Part shown: positions 25,170 through 37,415 of the stretch, piece after piece
Numbering within the stretch: the first letter of the stretch is position 1
How the letters are laid out: each line of letters opens with the position of its first letter
DNA from: Camelus ferus
Lineage: Eukaryota
Assembly (NCBI RefSeq): GCF_009834535.1
Contig: NC_045707.1
Span: forward strand, 48,300,001 to 48,364,000
Length of the DNA stretch: 64,000 bases
Reading direction: 5' to 3'
Translations under genes and position numbers: made by a program
Notes under the pieces: generated by a model
What the model was told of the DNA's origin: nothing
Seen by the model: only the letters and a program-made list of their open reading frames with translations
Database searches by the model: none

Positions 25170-25765
25170 ACTGAACAGAGGTAAGAGAGTGAATCATGCT
25201 GGTGTCTTTGGAAAGGACAGGGAGGCAGAGTGAGAAGCAGTTGGAAAGACTCCGATGAGGAACCTCAGCTAGTACATTCCAGTGACATCAAAGAGGCTGG
25301 TCTTTTTGCAGACAAGCTCCTCAAGGGGGAGAGTAGTAGGAGATGAAGTCAGAGAGGTAGATGGCAGTGGACTGGACTGTGTAGACTCATAGACCAATGG
25401 AATGTGTTGAGCTTTCACTTGTGAATTTGAAGGTTTTTAGAAAGAGGATGAAAATATCTGATCAGCATTTTAACAGGATTATTTTCGTTACTATTTGGAG
25501 AGTACACAGTAGGGAGGGCAAGGGGGGAAAGAGAGTTAGGAGACTTTTCCAGTAATCACAGTAGGAGATGATATGACCAGGATATAACAGTAAAGATGGT
25601 GCAAAGTGAACACATTGAGAATCTATTTTGAAGCTAAAGCCAAGAAGACTTATTGGCAAATTAGATGTGAGAAAGGAAAGGACAGAGAACTAAGTTTTAT
25701 ATATCCAGATCTTTTAAAGATGAAGTTACCATTAACTATTTGGGAAGTCTGAAGGTGGGAAATGA
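25170..25765 (-). mobile_element. L2a fragment
   Basis: ggagatgaagtcagagaggtag..ttttaacaggatta..agttaggagac..cagtaatc..tctattttgaag..attagatgtgag. Confidence 0.8.
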
Positions 25766-25799
25766 AAATACCTATATGGCATCTAAGCATAAATGGTTT

Positions 25800-26140
25800 T
25801 TCCTGTGCATATTTTTCTGCCACATGAGTATTTTTTTTTTCACTTGAAAGTATATGGTAGAAAGTTCCATAGGTTATCTAGAATTCCTTGGTACTTTTAA
25901 TTGTTCCATAATATTTTATATTCAATACCCTCTTGATGAAACTTAGATCACCCTCAATTTTATCACTATTATCAACAGTTATGTAACCAACATCCTGGGC
26001 TTGCCGCTTTGTGCATGTATGTGAATAGTACCCTGGAGTCAATACTGATAACCAAAGTTGTTGGATATGCACCATGAAAGTTTAACTGATACTTCACATT
26101 TTCTTCTATTAAGCTGGTTCCTGTTTATAGTCTCACTAAT
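25800..26140 (-). mobile_element. L1ME-type fragment
   Basis: ttttttcacttgaaagtatat..ttttaattgttccataatatttt..ttgatgaaacttagat..ctttgtgcatgtatgtga. Confidence 0.55.
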
Positions 26141-26519
26141 AGAGGAAAAGAAGGAAAGAAATTAAAACATTTTTCTTTTTAGTTAAGATAGACAAGAAAA
26201 GTGTGCAAAAGATAATTTCCTAGTGTTTCTTTGGCATAAATAAAACACTGGCAAAATGTTATGGATTGATTAATTTAACAATTATTTATTATTCCAGACA
26301 TACTTCTGGGTAGTGAGCATATATCCGTGAGGAAGCTGACAATGTTCCTGCTGTGATGGAGATAAAAAATCTAGAGTGTATAAATGCTGTGGACACTCTG
26401 GGTTTTGTTTGGATTGTCTAATATATTAAAGAGTATTTTATGTGACTCAATTTCTCTCATATTCTGCAATTGCCATGTTTCTCTCTGAGACATTGGAAAT
26501 GTACACCAAAAATAGTTTT

Positions 26520-27315
26520 AAAACTTTTTGCAAAAAAATATGCAATAAGCAAAATACAATGATTAATGACAAATTGGGAAAATATTTTCAATTTATAACA
26601 CTAAGATGAAATCCCTAATATATAAAATTTGTTTAAAATGGGGGAAAAATACTAATAAGGACAACTCAATGAAAGTAATATAAACAGCCCCAAAACATAC
26701 GAATGAGATGCTTAAACTCTCACAGTGACAGACTTGCAAATGAAAACCACAATGAGATAAAAATTTTCACTTATCAGTCTGACAAATCAAGGACTTTGAC
26801 CACTAACTTTTGGCACAGCTCTGGGGAAGCAGGCACTTTCATTTATTGCTGGTGGAAATGCAAAATGCTACTCAAAGGGAGTTTGGAAATAGCCAGCAAA
26901 AATGTCTTTATTCTCATACCTAGCAATTCCTTCTAGGAATTTACCTGAAGATCCCTTTGCAAAAATACAAAATGATGTGTGTACAAACATATTGATTCTG
27001 ACAACATTTGAAATAGCAAAAGCCTAGAAACAACTTAAGTCCATTCATAGTGAACTGGTTCAATAAATTATATAATATATCCACATAATACAGTACCTAC
27101 CCTCTGTAAAATCTGATGAGGAAATCTCTGTATACTGATATGAGGTAACTCCAAAGTATTTAGTTAAGTAAGAAAATAATACAGAAAATTCAGGAGTAAT
27201 GATGGAGGAACCAATATGGAAGTAAGAATTCTCTGGATATACTCTGCAACATGTTTTCATTTTGAAATCATTTAACGTTTTACAGAATTTTTAAAATAAA
27301 ATTAAATAAAAATAA
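26520..27315 (+). mobile_element. L1MC-type ORF2 end and 3' UTR fragment
   Basis: aaattgggaaaatatttt..tgcaaatgaaaaccacaatgagata..attgctggtggaaatgcaaaatg..agcaattccttctaggaattta. Confidence 0.8.
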
Positions 27316-27334
27316 TCATCTTTAACAGTTTTTT

Positions 27335-27760
27335 TTCCTATTTCCTCTATAGATTGGGCCTTTTCTTTCATTTTATATCCTAACTGGGTTTTTATTATTT
27401 AATAAATGATACTGATTTCAGCATATTACTTCTATATTCTATAACCTTATTGAATTCTGTCACTTTCTTTTTTGTGTGATTGATTCTTTTGCATTACCAA
27501 TTATACAATTAGATAATCAGAAAAAGAGTTTTACTTCTTCCATTCCAATGTTTGAGATTTTTTTACTCTAAACTTTTACTCTTGCAAACTGTGTTGGCTC
27601 TGGGTCTCAGTATAATGTTAAATGTAATGGTGACTGTGGATACCCTTGTCTTTTTCCTCACTGTAGAAGAAATGCTTCTGTGGGTCCATTAATTAAAATG
27701 CTACAATTGAAAAAAGAATATATTCTCCAGTCTCCTCCTTTTTAAAAGTTGTGCTATGGT
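27335..27760 (-). mobile_element. Old L1 ORF2 fragment
   Basis: agttttacttcttccattccaat..cagtataatgttaaatgtaatggtgactgtggatacccttgtctttttcct. Confidence 0.7.
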
Positions 27761-27828
27761 ATTTGATATATAATCATTAATACCACATTTTCATTTTGAA
27801 TTGCAATCTTAACTATTATAAAGTGCCT

Positions 27829-27955
27829 GTCCCTTCTTTCCTTCCTTCCTTCTTCCTTCCTCTTTCCTTCCTTCCTTTCCTTCCCTTCCCTGTCCCTCTT
27901 TCTTTCCCTGTCCCTCTTTCTTTCCCTTTCTTTTCTTTCTTCCTTTTCTTTCTTT

Positions 27956-28048
<93 letters not shown>

Positions 28049-28071
28049 TTCTTTCTCTCTTTCTTTCTTTC
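27829..28071. repeat. Compound polypyrimidine microsatellite (TTCC)n/(TTTC)n, ~240 bp
   Basis: Almost purine-free tract, including two copies of ttccctgtccctctttct. Confidence 0.97.
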
Positions 28072-28352
28072 AGCTTAAAAACAACAGAAACATCTGTTCT
28101 TCACAGTTCTGAAGACTGGAAAGGAGCCAGCATGGTTGGGTAAGGGTCCTCTTCTGGGTTGGAGACTTCCTTGTTGTGTCCTCACATGAGGAATGGGCTA
28201 GGAATCTCTCCAGAGTTGCTTTTATAAGGGCACTAATTCTATCTGTGAGGGCTCTGCCCATCCCAGAGGTCCTTCCTCCTAATAGCATCATATTTGGCAC
28301 TGGGATTTAGCATACGAATTTTCGGGGGGTTGCAAACATTCAGCCTATGGTT
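28072..28352 (-). mobile_element. MLT1A-like LTR (MaLR)
   Basis: gcttaaaaacaacagaaacat..cacagttctgaagactggaa..tgtgtcctcacatg..ttttataagggcactaat..caaacattcag. Confidence 0.85.
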
Positions 28353-28359
28353 GATACAA

Positions 28360-29890
28360 GCCTTATTTTTTTCCTTTATAAGAGTATTAATGTTTTTGTC
28401 CATCCAATGAATTTTTTCTTTATCTTTAAAGCCCAATAATTTTATTAGGATATGTCTTGGGGCCAATTTGTCTTGGAATACAGATTCAATATACAGATTC
28501 ACATCTTTTAGTTCAAACAATTTTTTAAAATTATGTTTTACAGTATTAATTCTCTCCCGTTGTTTTCCTTCCTTAGAACTTCAATTATGCACGTATGAAA
28601 TTTCCTTTACCTGTCTTCTGTATCCATCATTGAAGATTTATTTGTTTCCATTTCCTTGTTTGTTTTCCTTACTTCTATTTGTCAGAACCTTTACAAAAGT
28701 CTCCATGCCATCATTTTTTTTCATTTTGAAATAATTTTCTTTTCCTGAATTCTGTCAATTCCTTTTTTACCTTTTCTGGTTTTCTAGGCATTACCTTTAA
28801 CAGTTTGACTATGTTATTCCAGAGCATTTGTATTTATATTTTGTAATCTTTCTTCCTGGTTACAAATAATTCACTGTTACTTAAAAAATTCTTATTGGAA
28901 TATTCAATTATGATTTTTATCTGCTATATAGTATAAAGTATTTTAGTGAGTGTTCCTTCGTATTGGAAAATTATAATTTTTCACGTCTTTTCTTACACTA
29001 TTTTCTTATTTTTGTCTTTTGGTTTTCATATATAAATGACAGCAAAATGTCCCAGAATGTCCCAGCATGAGATGGAGTGGGGTGAGAGCAGGAATGGTTT
29101 CCCAGATTCACAAGCCCAGCTAGAATGGTAGGAACACTGGTGTGATATAGAAACTGACCAATTTAGAACAGACATCTTAGCCAACCATTACAACTCTTAA
29201 AATAAAAAAAAAATCAGCAGTGAGTTTATGTTGAAAATCAGCCCTAGTCTCAAAAACCTTCCTTTGTAGTGTGGAACTTCTATGTCAGCACCCTTCCTTT
29301 GCCTCGAATCTAAAGTGGCTCTGTAGCACTTCCTCCTCCAGCCCTGTGTCTCCACCGCTTACTCTGTTGGCTGCTGCTACCGAGGGACACAGGTCTTGTC
29401 CTCTGTGATCCACTCACTTTTAGAAAGTGGATTTTTATTGACATTTTCTAAATCTACTCTCCTCTGCGCTCATCCCTGGGCAATTTTAAGTCTTCCTTCT
29501 GTCCCCAGTGCTCGTGCCCAAATGTCTTTCAATGCTGTTTGAAGCCCTGGCCTACAGTTTGGGACCCTCACCTTTTCGAGAGTACATATGTATTTTGCTG
29601 TGGGTTTCTGGGACTGGCCTCTGCAGAGTCAACACTCTCCAGTCTTCCCAGCCCCACATCATGGCTGCTCTGGGGCCTTCCTGCCTGGCCCTGCTGGTCT
29701 CAGTTGCTTCCGGCAGCATGTACACATAATTTGAAGTCTGTGGGCTTTCTTTGTCTCCTATTTCACATGAAAATAGAGCTTGTGATTTTTTTTGTTGTTG
29801 TTCTTTTCCTTTTCATCATCTTGTTGCTCTATTTCCAGGAGAAGCAGAAAGATTCAGAATTAAGCTGCCACCATGCTCTCCCAGAATCAT
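28360..29890 (-). mobile_element. HAL1 or old L1 5' region with an ORF1-like remnant
   Basis: Minus ORF 28239-28520 contains PRHILIKLLGFKDKEKI, similar to the L1 ORF1p motif TPRHIIVK..KDKEKIL; the right end gctgccaccatgctctcccagaatc resembles an inverted HAL1/L1M 5' end. Confidence 0.6.
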
Positions 29891-29899
29891 AATTAATAT

Positions 29900-30830
29900 A
29901 ATTATTTTTGTCATAGAGAAGGTTTGAAGGATCGTCTCACGTAAGTCAGGTAAATAAAGAATGGACTTTTCACGTGGAAAGATGAGCTTCTCTAAACGAT
30001 GGATCCTGAGCAAAGTATATTCCCCGCTGGTGAGTTTTCAAGATGTACTCGGGACATAATTGAGAGGGCTGCTCGATAAACTTATTAGATAAGCAAATCT
30101 ATGCAGAGAGTCTGTCACTCCCTGAGAAATGAAACTGGGTAGAGGAAAAAGAATCAGATTTACATGTTACAAAAATGCTGTTCTTTATTTTAATCGACAG
30201 AATTGGATTAGACTCCAGCATCAGCATGCATTTCCCATTGTTTTCTTTTTATATTAACTACAGGAGACTCATTAGAATTTCATGGATGTAATTGTTTCTG
30301 GGTTATATCCTCAATTAATGACTGTAATTGAAAGATCGGATGGGACTGGGATAACGTGACTGTAATTTAAGTGTAAGACGTTTGGGCCTCTATTTACAAT
30401 GCATTTGTTATTTTTTTCTTCTGCTGTGGAGGAGTATTTATGAGAGGCAGAAATAAATGCATTTCAAACAGCAATGTCGCAATCAAAACAATGTGCATAT
30501 TGTGTACTGGGTGTTGTTTTCCTGGGCTGTTATGTGACTCTGCAGCCCTCAGCAGGATGCATGTGCATAAAAAGAGCTTGTGCTCAGATCTTCTGGGAGG
30601 AATTGGGGGAGGAGAACAAGCTTCAACAAAAAGGGGGGTGGTGGTGTGGAAGAGAAGGCTATCTCTGTCTTTCTTTATGTTTTGATAGCACTGTTCAAAA
30701 CCCAGCATCTTAGCCTGCACTTGCCAAGGATTCCCTAATCAGTTTTAGATTATGTCGTGAGGAAAGAAAAGAGGACCACCCTCTAAGCTCGTAATTATGG
30801 CTCTTCTCTGCTTTTCTCTCCTTACATTTC
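29900..30830. promoter_or_regulatory. Candidate conserved non-coding element or enhancer (predicted)
   Basis: Repeat-free, CpGs retained, E-box CACGTG at 29971, TGTAATT at 30287, 30323 and 30361. Confidence 0.45.
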
Positions 30831-31369
30831 CCCCTAGAAGTAGATATTAACCTTATTAGGGTTTTGAGCAGGGCATCACTCATTATCTGTACACAGACTT
30901 TGAGGCAGCTGCGAGAGGCAGCTGAGCAATTATCCGGGGTTAGTCAGATTTGCTCCAGACTCTGGAAACATAGAAACTATAAACTGGAGCTCTTGGGTTC
31001 AAGGCTGTCTGCTATTTCTCCATCCAAGGTCAGATGTGGACTGTGTAGTTTGTGATGTGTCTTTTTTGATACAATGACTCTTCTTTCTCTTGTGGGTCTA
31101 TTTATTGATCTGGAGGGAAGGGCCAAGACAGCTGCAAGCTTGAAGACGTGATAAATGAGCTAGGGAGGCAAAGATGTGTGGATGGACTAAACCACCATGG
31201 AAAGAAAAAACAAAGTGGGACAATAAGAAGGTAGGAATAGAGAGTTAGGAGACAGTGAGGATGGGAAGGGAAGGGCCACTGATTCAGTGATGACTTAACC
31301 ACAGTTAATAATAACTTAATGACTATGTGCCTCCTGTTGTAGCTCTCATGCTGCTACTGTGAGCTGAGG

Positions 31370-31548
31370 AGCATTTCCCAATGTCACCCCTGCTTCAGAA
31401 ATTCAAGGGCAGGTGCTCACTAGAATGCAGATTATCAGACCCCACCACAGACCTAAGGAATCAGCATTTCTGTGTATGGCCCCAGGAAGCTTCATTTTCC
31501 CAGGATCCTAGGTAATTCTAACAGACATTGGAGTTTGAGAAAACCTGG
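31370..31548. mobile_element. MER5A-type hAT MITE
   Basis: aatgcagatt..cccaccacagacctaaggaatcagcatttctg..ggccccaggaa..aggtaattctaa..agtttgagaaaacctg. Confidence 0.8.
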
Positions 31549-31934
31549 GGAGGAGGCAGTGAAAGCAGAAGAAATGGAATGGTAACAGGTCAGAGTGACG
31601 GGTCAGAGAGTGTGGCTGCGAGAGAGTGGACTAAGGTCAGACTCAACAGGCACATGTTTAGCCCTCACAGGTGGGGGCGGCGATCAGACGAGTTCAGGAT
31701 CTTCCTGTAAGTTATGCATCTAGTAAGTGGCAGAGCCAAGGTTCATACTTATAAGTCCAAGGCTCTTTCCTTTGTGCCAAGCTTAAGTCATTAGCGATAG
31801 GAAAGTGTTAGAATTTGGATGGCAGGTTACAGGAAGAAGGAAATACAGCTTGGGGTCCAGGACTTGAATTCATTATATGTCGGGATAGGGACACATTTCA
31901 GGAAAATGGTGTGGGAGGCAAAATATGTTCCATT

Positions 31935-32230
31935 TTCTTTAACCTCCTATTCTAAACTCATTTTTATTTGCCTCCTTCGTGAATATTTTTGGGTACCATT
32001 GCGTATTAACTGTAAAATTATACACTCCAATCTTTTTTTGTTAAATTGATGCTTTTAAAAAAATTTAACAGGCTTCTTAGTCATAATATCATAAAATTAT
32101 AATTTGATATGTTAAGGTATTCTGGCATACACTAGCAAATACTCAACTAATAATTTCTTTAAAAAAATCTATCTCTATACTACTTAAAATCATCTTGCTA
32201 GTGGTTCTACACACTCTGAAGCTTCGATAT
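31935..32230. mobile_element. Probable hAT-Charlie non-autonomous element
   Basis: AT-rich body ending tactacttaaaatcatcttgctagtggttctacacactctg, like Charlie-derived MERs; family uncertain. Confidence 0.4.
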
Positions 32231-32684
32231 AATGCTTTTGTCAATTTTATCTTCTGCTCCAGACTGTGCGTTCCCCCACTGCCTCCCTGGGCCTTCTGAG
32301 CCCCATGGTCTAGGATGTCTGCATGATCTCTGGTCGCCATGTTTACTGGATTGGCTCGTTCAGCACTGCTTTCTAGTGGCACAGCCTGGGTCACCCTCTT
32401 CAGTATCTTTACTTGTCCCTCTCTCCATTTTGCCGCTGAATTCTCCTCCGGCTCTCATTTCTAGCTAAATTTACCCACGAATTTGGATCTCTCTGCCTTC
32501 AGTGGTCCTAACAAGCTCCCTTCCCTCTTTACCTGTTGAAGGTGACCTCCATTAATAGCCTTCAATCATAATGACCCTTATGGACAAAGTGTCAGTAAAA
32601 TGTTTGCTTGATAAATAAACTGATAAATGATTTAAGCCACTAAGTAATATGTTTTAAGTGGCTTTTAAGTGCCCAAAAGAGAAG

Positions 32685-33120
32685 CAGTAAAAATGAACAA
32701 ATAAATACAATACCAATACCAATCCCTTCTATGAAGAAAATAAAGCAGAATAAAGTATTAGAGAGAGAGAGGGAGGGAGAGAGAAGGTTTTTAGGATGGA
32801 TATATAGGATGTAGGACGGATAGGGAAGATCTCTCTGAGAGAGGAAGACTTAAATAATGAGAAAAAGCCAAACATGAGCTGATCTCATTTAATGGTATAA
32901 GAGTGTACACGGGAGAGGTGTGCAAAGACCCTGAGACTGGGATGACCCTGAAGCCCCGGGAGGAAAGAAAACAAGCCCCCAAAGAGGGAAGTAATAGGAC
33001 AGCCTAGAGAGGTAGGCAAAGGGAAGATTCCGTTGACTCTTACAGACCACAGCAAGGAGTCTGAAGTGCACTCCAGTGTGCTGGAAGCCACTGGAGGGCG
33101 TTCCAGCGGGAGGGTCCTGA
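32685..33120 (-). mobile_element. L2a fragment
   Basis: ctatgaagaaaataaagcag..agggaagatctctctgag..gtgcaaagaccctgag..ggaagccactggaggg. Confidence 0.8.
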
Positions 33121-33319
33121 GCTAGCCTCCCCATGCAGGCTCTGGGGCGACTGAACGAACTGAAGCTCCCCTTACTTTATGTGCACTTGTTCATCTTTGT
33201 GCGTCACATCCTCCTGCCTGGATGACTGTCCTTAGCGCCTCAGTTTTCCTAGACCATCTTGTTCCTCTTTGACTATAGACTCCTCTTGTGGAAAAAACAC
33301 GATTAACTTTGTTTCATTC

Positions 33320-33390
33320 CGTATTTCTCAAACTTATTTGGCCACAAACTTTTTTACGTGAAATGTCTGTTACTTTCTTTGGGGAAGCAT
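33320..33390. mobile_element. Charlie4-like terminal fragment
   Basis: gtatttctcaaacttatttggccaca. Confidence 0.45.
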
Positions 33391-33456
33391 TACAGACATT
33401 TAAGCTATTCTAGTTCTTCTTTCTATAGCTGTAAAATAGATGCAGTCATTCTCTTC

Positions 33457-33498
33457 TGTTACCTTTCTCCAGAGACACAGAACCAATAGGGTGAGTGA

Positions 33499-33534
<36 letters not shown>

Positions 33535-33904
33535 GTGTATACAGAGAGAGAGAGATTTATTTTGAGGAACCCACTCAGGTGACTATGGAGGCTCATAAGC
33601 CTAAAATCTGCAGGGTGGGTTGTTAGGCTGGAGACCCACAGAGTAGCCAAACCTGCAGCTCAAGTTCAAAGGCCATTTGCTGCAGAATTCCCTCTTACTT
33701 GGAGGAGGTCAGTCCTTTGTTCTATTCAGGCCTTCAACTGATATAATGAAGTCCAGCCACATTAAGGAGATCAATCTGCTTTACCCAAAGTACACTAGTT
33801 TAAATATTAATCTCAGTCAAGAAATTCTCACAGAAACAGCCAGAATAACATTTGGCTACATATCTTGTGGCCCACCCAAGCTGATACATAAAATTAACCA
33901 TCAT
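33457..33904 (-). mobile_element. MLT2C/D-like solo LTR with internal (GTGA)/(GT)n repeat
   Basis: ttctccagagacacagaaccaatagg..ttctattcaggccttcaactga..ccaagctgatacataaaattaaccatca; GT repeat at 33503-33538. Confidence 0.9.
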
Positions 33905-35177
33905 GCTTTTCTTATAGGACAAGACAAAGGGAGAAACTAATTTTTCCTTTTTAAGAAGTAGTTTTGTGTTTTATCACAGAATGTATTTGTATGCATTTTT
34001 TTGGTGTTTCCAGTAAATCAGCAACCATGGAATTAACAATCACCTTCCAATATTGGCTATATTTATTAAAGGCTTTCCTGAAATAAATATTAAAAGTATA
34101 ATAATCAGACTGAAAGAGTGAAATAAAGAACAATAGACCCAGGCGAGGAACACAGACTAGGTCAGAATAAGAAGAATAGAAAGGAAAATATTTATAGGAA
34201 TTTATTGATGAAATTCCCTAGTAAAAAAAGAGTAGAGACAGCTAATAGTAATCTAAGTTTTACTGATGCAGGATGGGATGATGAGTATTTTTTTTTAATT
34301 TTAGGGACAAGCTATAATTGATCAGCACTTCATGCAAATGAACAATGTAGATGAATCTTAGCATGCTGGAAGCTTACAATTATTCAAATTACACAAAAGC
34401 CATCAAATATGTGGAAATCAAAACAACAGAAAGAGCCATTAATTCCCATTCTGTCCCCTAGCATTCTAGGGTTTTACCCACATTTGTGATGGAAAGATAC
34501 TTCAACCTTGAAATTAAACAGAGAACACGGTGTGGTAATTTAGTCACATATTCACCATTTAGTTGTTTTAAAGGTGATCTAGGCAAGTGTACAACATTGA
34601 AGTATGCATGTTTTTAACATGCAGTCCGATTCTATTCATGTCTTGCCTTTGCATGATGGATTCGGAATTTCAGATCAATTCTAGTTCATAGAAAATGTGT
34701 TAATTAAGATCAGCTTAATAGTGGTGTTTTTGGAGGATTAAAAAAAATGTTTGATTTGAGCACCACATTTCCATTCAGAAAAGCTACAGTGCTTTGAAAA
34801 TGAATATACCGGACATAAAATAAGTCCTGAACAAATCATCCTTCACAAACTGGATTTCTGTATTTTCTGAGTTTGAATCCATCTATCAGTCCACAAATGA
34901 CCCTTCCCTTTTCCGTCTCCCAGCCATCCCCTCCCTCTGCATATACCTGTGACACGAATAGTTTAAGACAGTGACTGCCAACCAGAGTTCTGAAGTACCA
35001 CTGGGGAGAGAGACCCTGGAGAACGTTGGCCTTTTGCTGAATTGGAGAAGAAATTCACAGCAGAAGGCTTGAGCCAAGTCCCAATTATAATGTGGCCACA
35101 GGGACCAGTTCCTATGTGTCCCAACAATGTTCCATTTAAAGATGTCAAGAAAATGGCCTAATGGTAAATTCTGTCAC

Positions 35178-35625
35178 AAAAGAACTACTAGGCTAAGGGG
35201 ATCTGATGATCTGGAAAATCCACTGCCACTAGCAAACTGTATGATCTAGGGCAAGTTATCAGTCTTACTGCATCCATATTCTTTCATCTGTAAAATGGAT
35301 ATAACTATTGTTGATTGAGGTTCTATTATGCGCTATGTCTTTTCATTCTTATGCTCTCTTAATCTTCATGATAACATCATTATATACTTACTCATCCCTT
35401 GGTAGAAGAGACAACTGATGCTTAGAGATGTCAAGTATTGACCAGGGTCGCACAAGCATGGCGGCAGGATTTGAAAGCAAGCCCTCCATAATGCTTGACC
35501 TGAATTACTGCACTGATTCCCAGGATGCTAATTAACACCTACTTCACAGGATTGTTCCTGGGCTGAACTTATTCAATGCATATAAAACACATAGCACAAA
35601 TATCTGAAAACAAATGCTAGCTTTA
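35178..35625. mobile_element. Plus-strand MIR split by an inverted MIR (~35306-35515)
   Basis: Plus core ends catctgtaaaatggatataac; minus core follows (agaagaggacaactgatgcttagagatgtcaagtattgaccagggtcgcaca); plus element resumes at acctacttcacaggattgtt. Confidence 0.7.
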
Positions 35626-35834
35626 GCATCTGGATCCAGTCGCAGCAAACACAAAGTCTTCTTAGGTAATCTTTTTATTAATCCCCTTCTAACATTCCCC
35701 TCACCTTTCTTCAATGTTAATAAATTAAGAGTCAGTACCATCTAACAGGTATTTGTCTGTATCATCAAAACCTTTTCATTATTCCTTAATTATTTTATGA
35801 AGAATATTTCTCTACAATTTCCACTGGTTTATGC

Positions 35835-36070
35835 AGGGAGAGTTAAGAAGTAACAGGCTCTTGGTTAGAAGATCAGCATGGATTCTTAGCTTTTCCATTG
35901 GACTTTGAGGGGAAAAAAAACTTCAGAAGTTCAATTTTCTCACTTCTGAAAGGGGAATAATGATACTGTTCTTTGCCTCTGTCAGCTCTAGAATAAAATT
36001 AAAATTAAAGCAAGCATATGAAAGGATTTATACATGCTAGTGTGCCATAGAAATGTAAAGGTGGTATTAG
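35835..36070 (+). mobile_element. MIR, old subfamily
   Basis: acaggctcttggttagaagatcagcatggattct..tcaattttctcacttctgaaaggggaataatgatac. Confidence 0.65.
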
Positions 36071-36403
36071 CAAGGGTTATGACATCTTCTGCTTTCTTTC
36101 CATTCATCCATTTTTATATGTCTATCAACATAAAAAGCAATAATTTTTGACTTGCAAATTTTACTGTTAGACAGAACTGTTGAATGACACAATGAAAGGA
36201 GGATGCATTCACATTTTATTTTTATGTGAATAAATTATGGACAATTGTTTTTCCTTTTTACTTTTTTCCCCCTTGTGGCAAATGAGCTCATCTTATTCAT
36301 ATGTAGACCAAAGATTCAAATTTCTTTCTGGAAAATATTCAGGCTGTAAGATGTTATGTGAACTAATCAATTTGTATGAAGTTGGCTGGGTTTTTTCAGA
36401 TGG

Positions 36404-36834
36404 TGTTAGAGGTTGGTTTCCTCCTGAAGGAGACTTTGAGACAGAAATTTGGATATAAGAAGGCTATTAGGAAGTGCCCTTGGGTTCAACACCTGTGGGA
36501 GAAGGGATGGAAACAAGATTGGGCAAAGGGAAAAGGTCACTCTAATCTAATTCAGAAAAGGTCTCAGCTGATCCCATGGGTAACTCTAACATGGGATGCT
36601 CCTTCAGAGTTGTCTTGAAGTGGGAGGAAGGACTGAGTCTTTGTATGCTCACAGCAGTTAATCTTGGATGCCAACTTCCCCATGGAAGAGGGCACGGTGT
36701 TAGGTGAGTTGGCTTTCTTTAGACAAAAGCAATTCCCAGAAGAGACCGACAGCCAGAAGTGCTTGCAGATGGGGGGAATCATGCTGTCCGGTTCTGAAAG
36801 GGGTCTTGCACAGGATATTACAGTGTCCACTACA
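36404..36834 (-). mobile_element. LTR16A-like solo LTR (ERVL) with a perfect 5-bp TSD
   Basis: TG...CA termini; gactttgagacag..gggttcaacacctgtgg..cttcagagttgtcttga..cagtgtccactaca match inverted LTR16A; flanked by gatgg (36399-36403) and gatgg (36835-36839). Confidence 0.92.
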
Positions 36835-37219
36835 GATGGTAATGTACTCGCTTTACCATATTTATTTATGAATCTCATCAACATCCTTCTGATGAGTTAT
36901 CATGCAGTCTCAGGTAAGGCATTAATTACCTCATGAGTATTTCTAAGTTTAGACAGAAAATAATTCTTATTATATTATGTCAACCTTATATTAAGCTGAA
37001 ATCTGACACCAGATTCCTTGATCTCTGAAAAGAGAAGATTCTGAGGAAACTCTACTAAAGAGCTCAACTTGGCATTAGAACAAAGTGGGAACAGTACAAT
37101 ACTTGGAACTCATAAATGTTTGCTGAAGGAATAGTTGAGAGAAATGGAGAATTTATGCAGCTGATGGCTATAGCACCAATCTTTACTCACAGTCACAGTT
37201 TTCATCCCCTGAGTAAGAA

Positions 37220-37415
37220 TAATGGCTAATACTTTTTGAATATTCACTATATACTGGACACTGTTCTAAGTTCATTATATAAGTTAACTGTACTAATATC
37301 ACAATAACTCTGTAAGATGGGCATTATAAACCACATTTTACAAATAAAAAACAGGCTCAGAGACTGTTAAAATGTATATCTGAACTCACATGACTAGTAA
37401 ATAATGAAAACCATA
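37220..37415 (-). mobile_element. MIR
   Basis: taatggctaatactttttgaatattcactat..cactgttctaag..cattttacaaataaaaaacaggctcagaga. Confidence 0.85.

Noticed and set aside
27796..28143. Phe/Leu/Ser-rich 115-aa 'membrane protein'
   Set aside because: It is the translation of the (TTTC)n microsatellite
34625..34666. Hairpin tccgattctattcatg...catgatggattcgga as a pre-miRNA
   Set aside because: The stem is only ~15 bp with mismatches and does not extend; too short for Drosha processing
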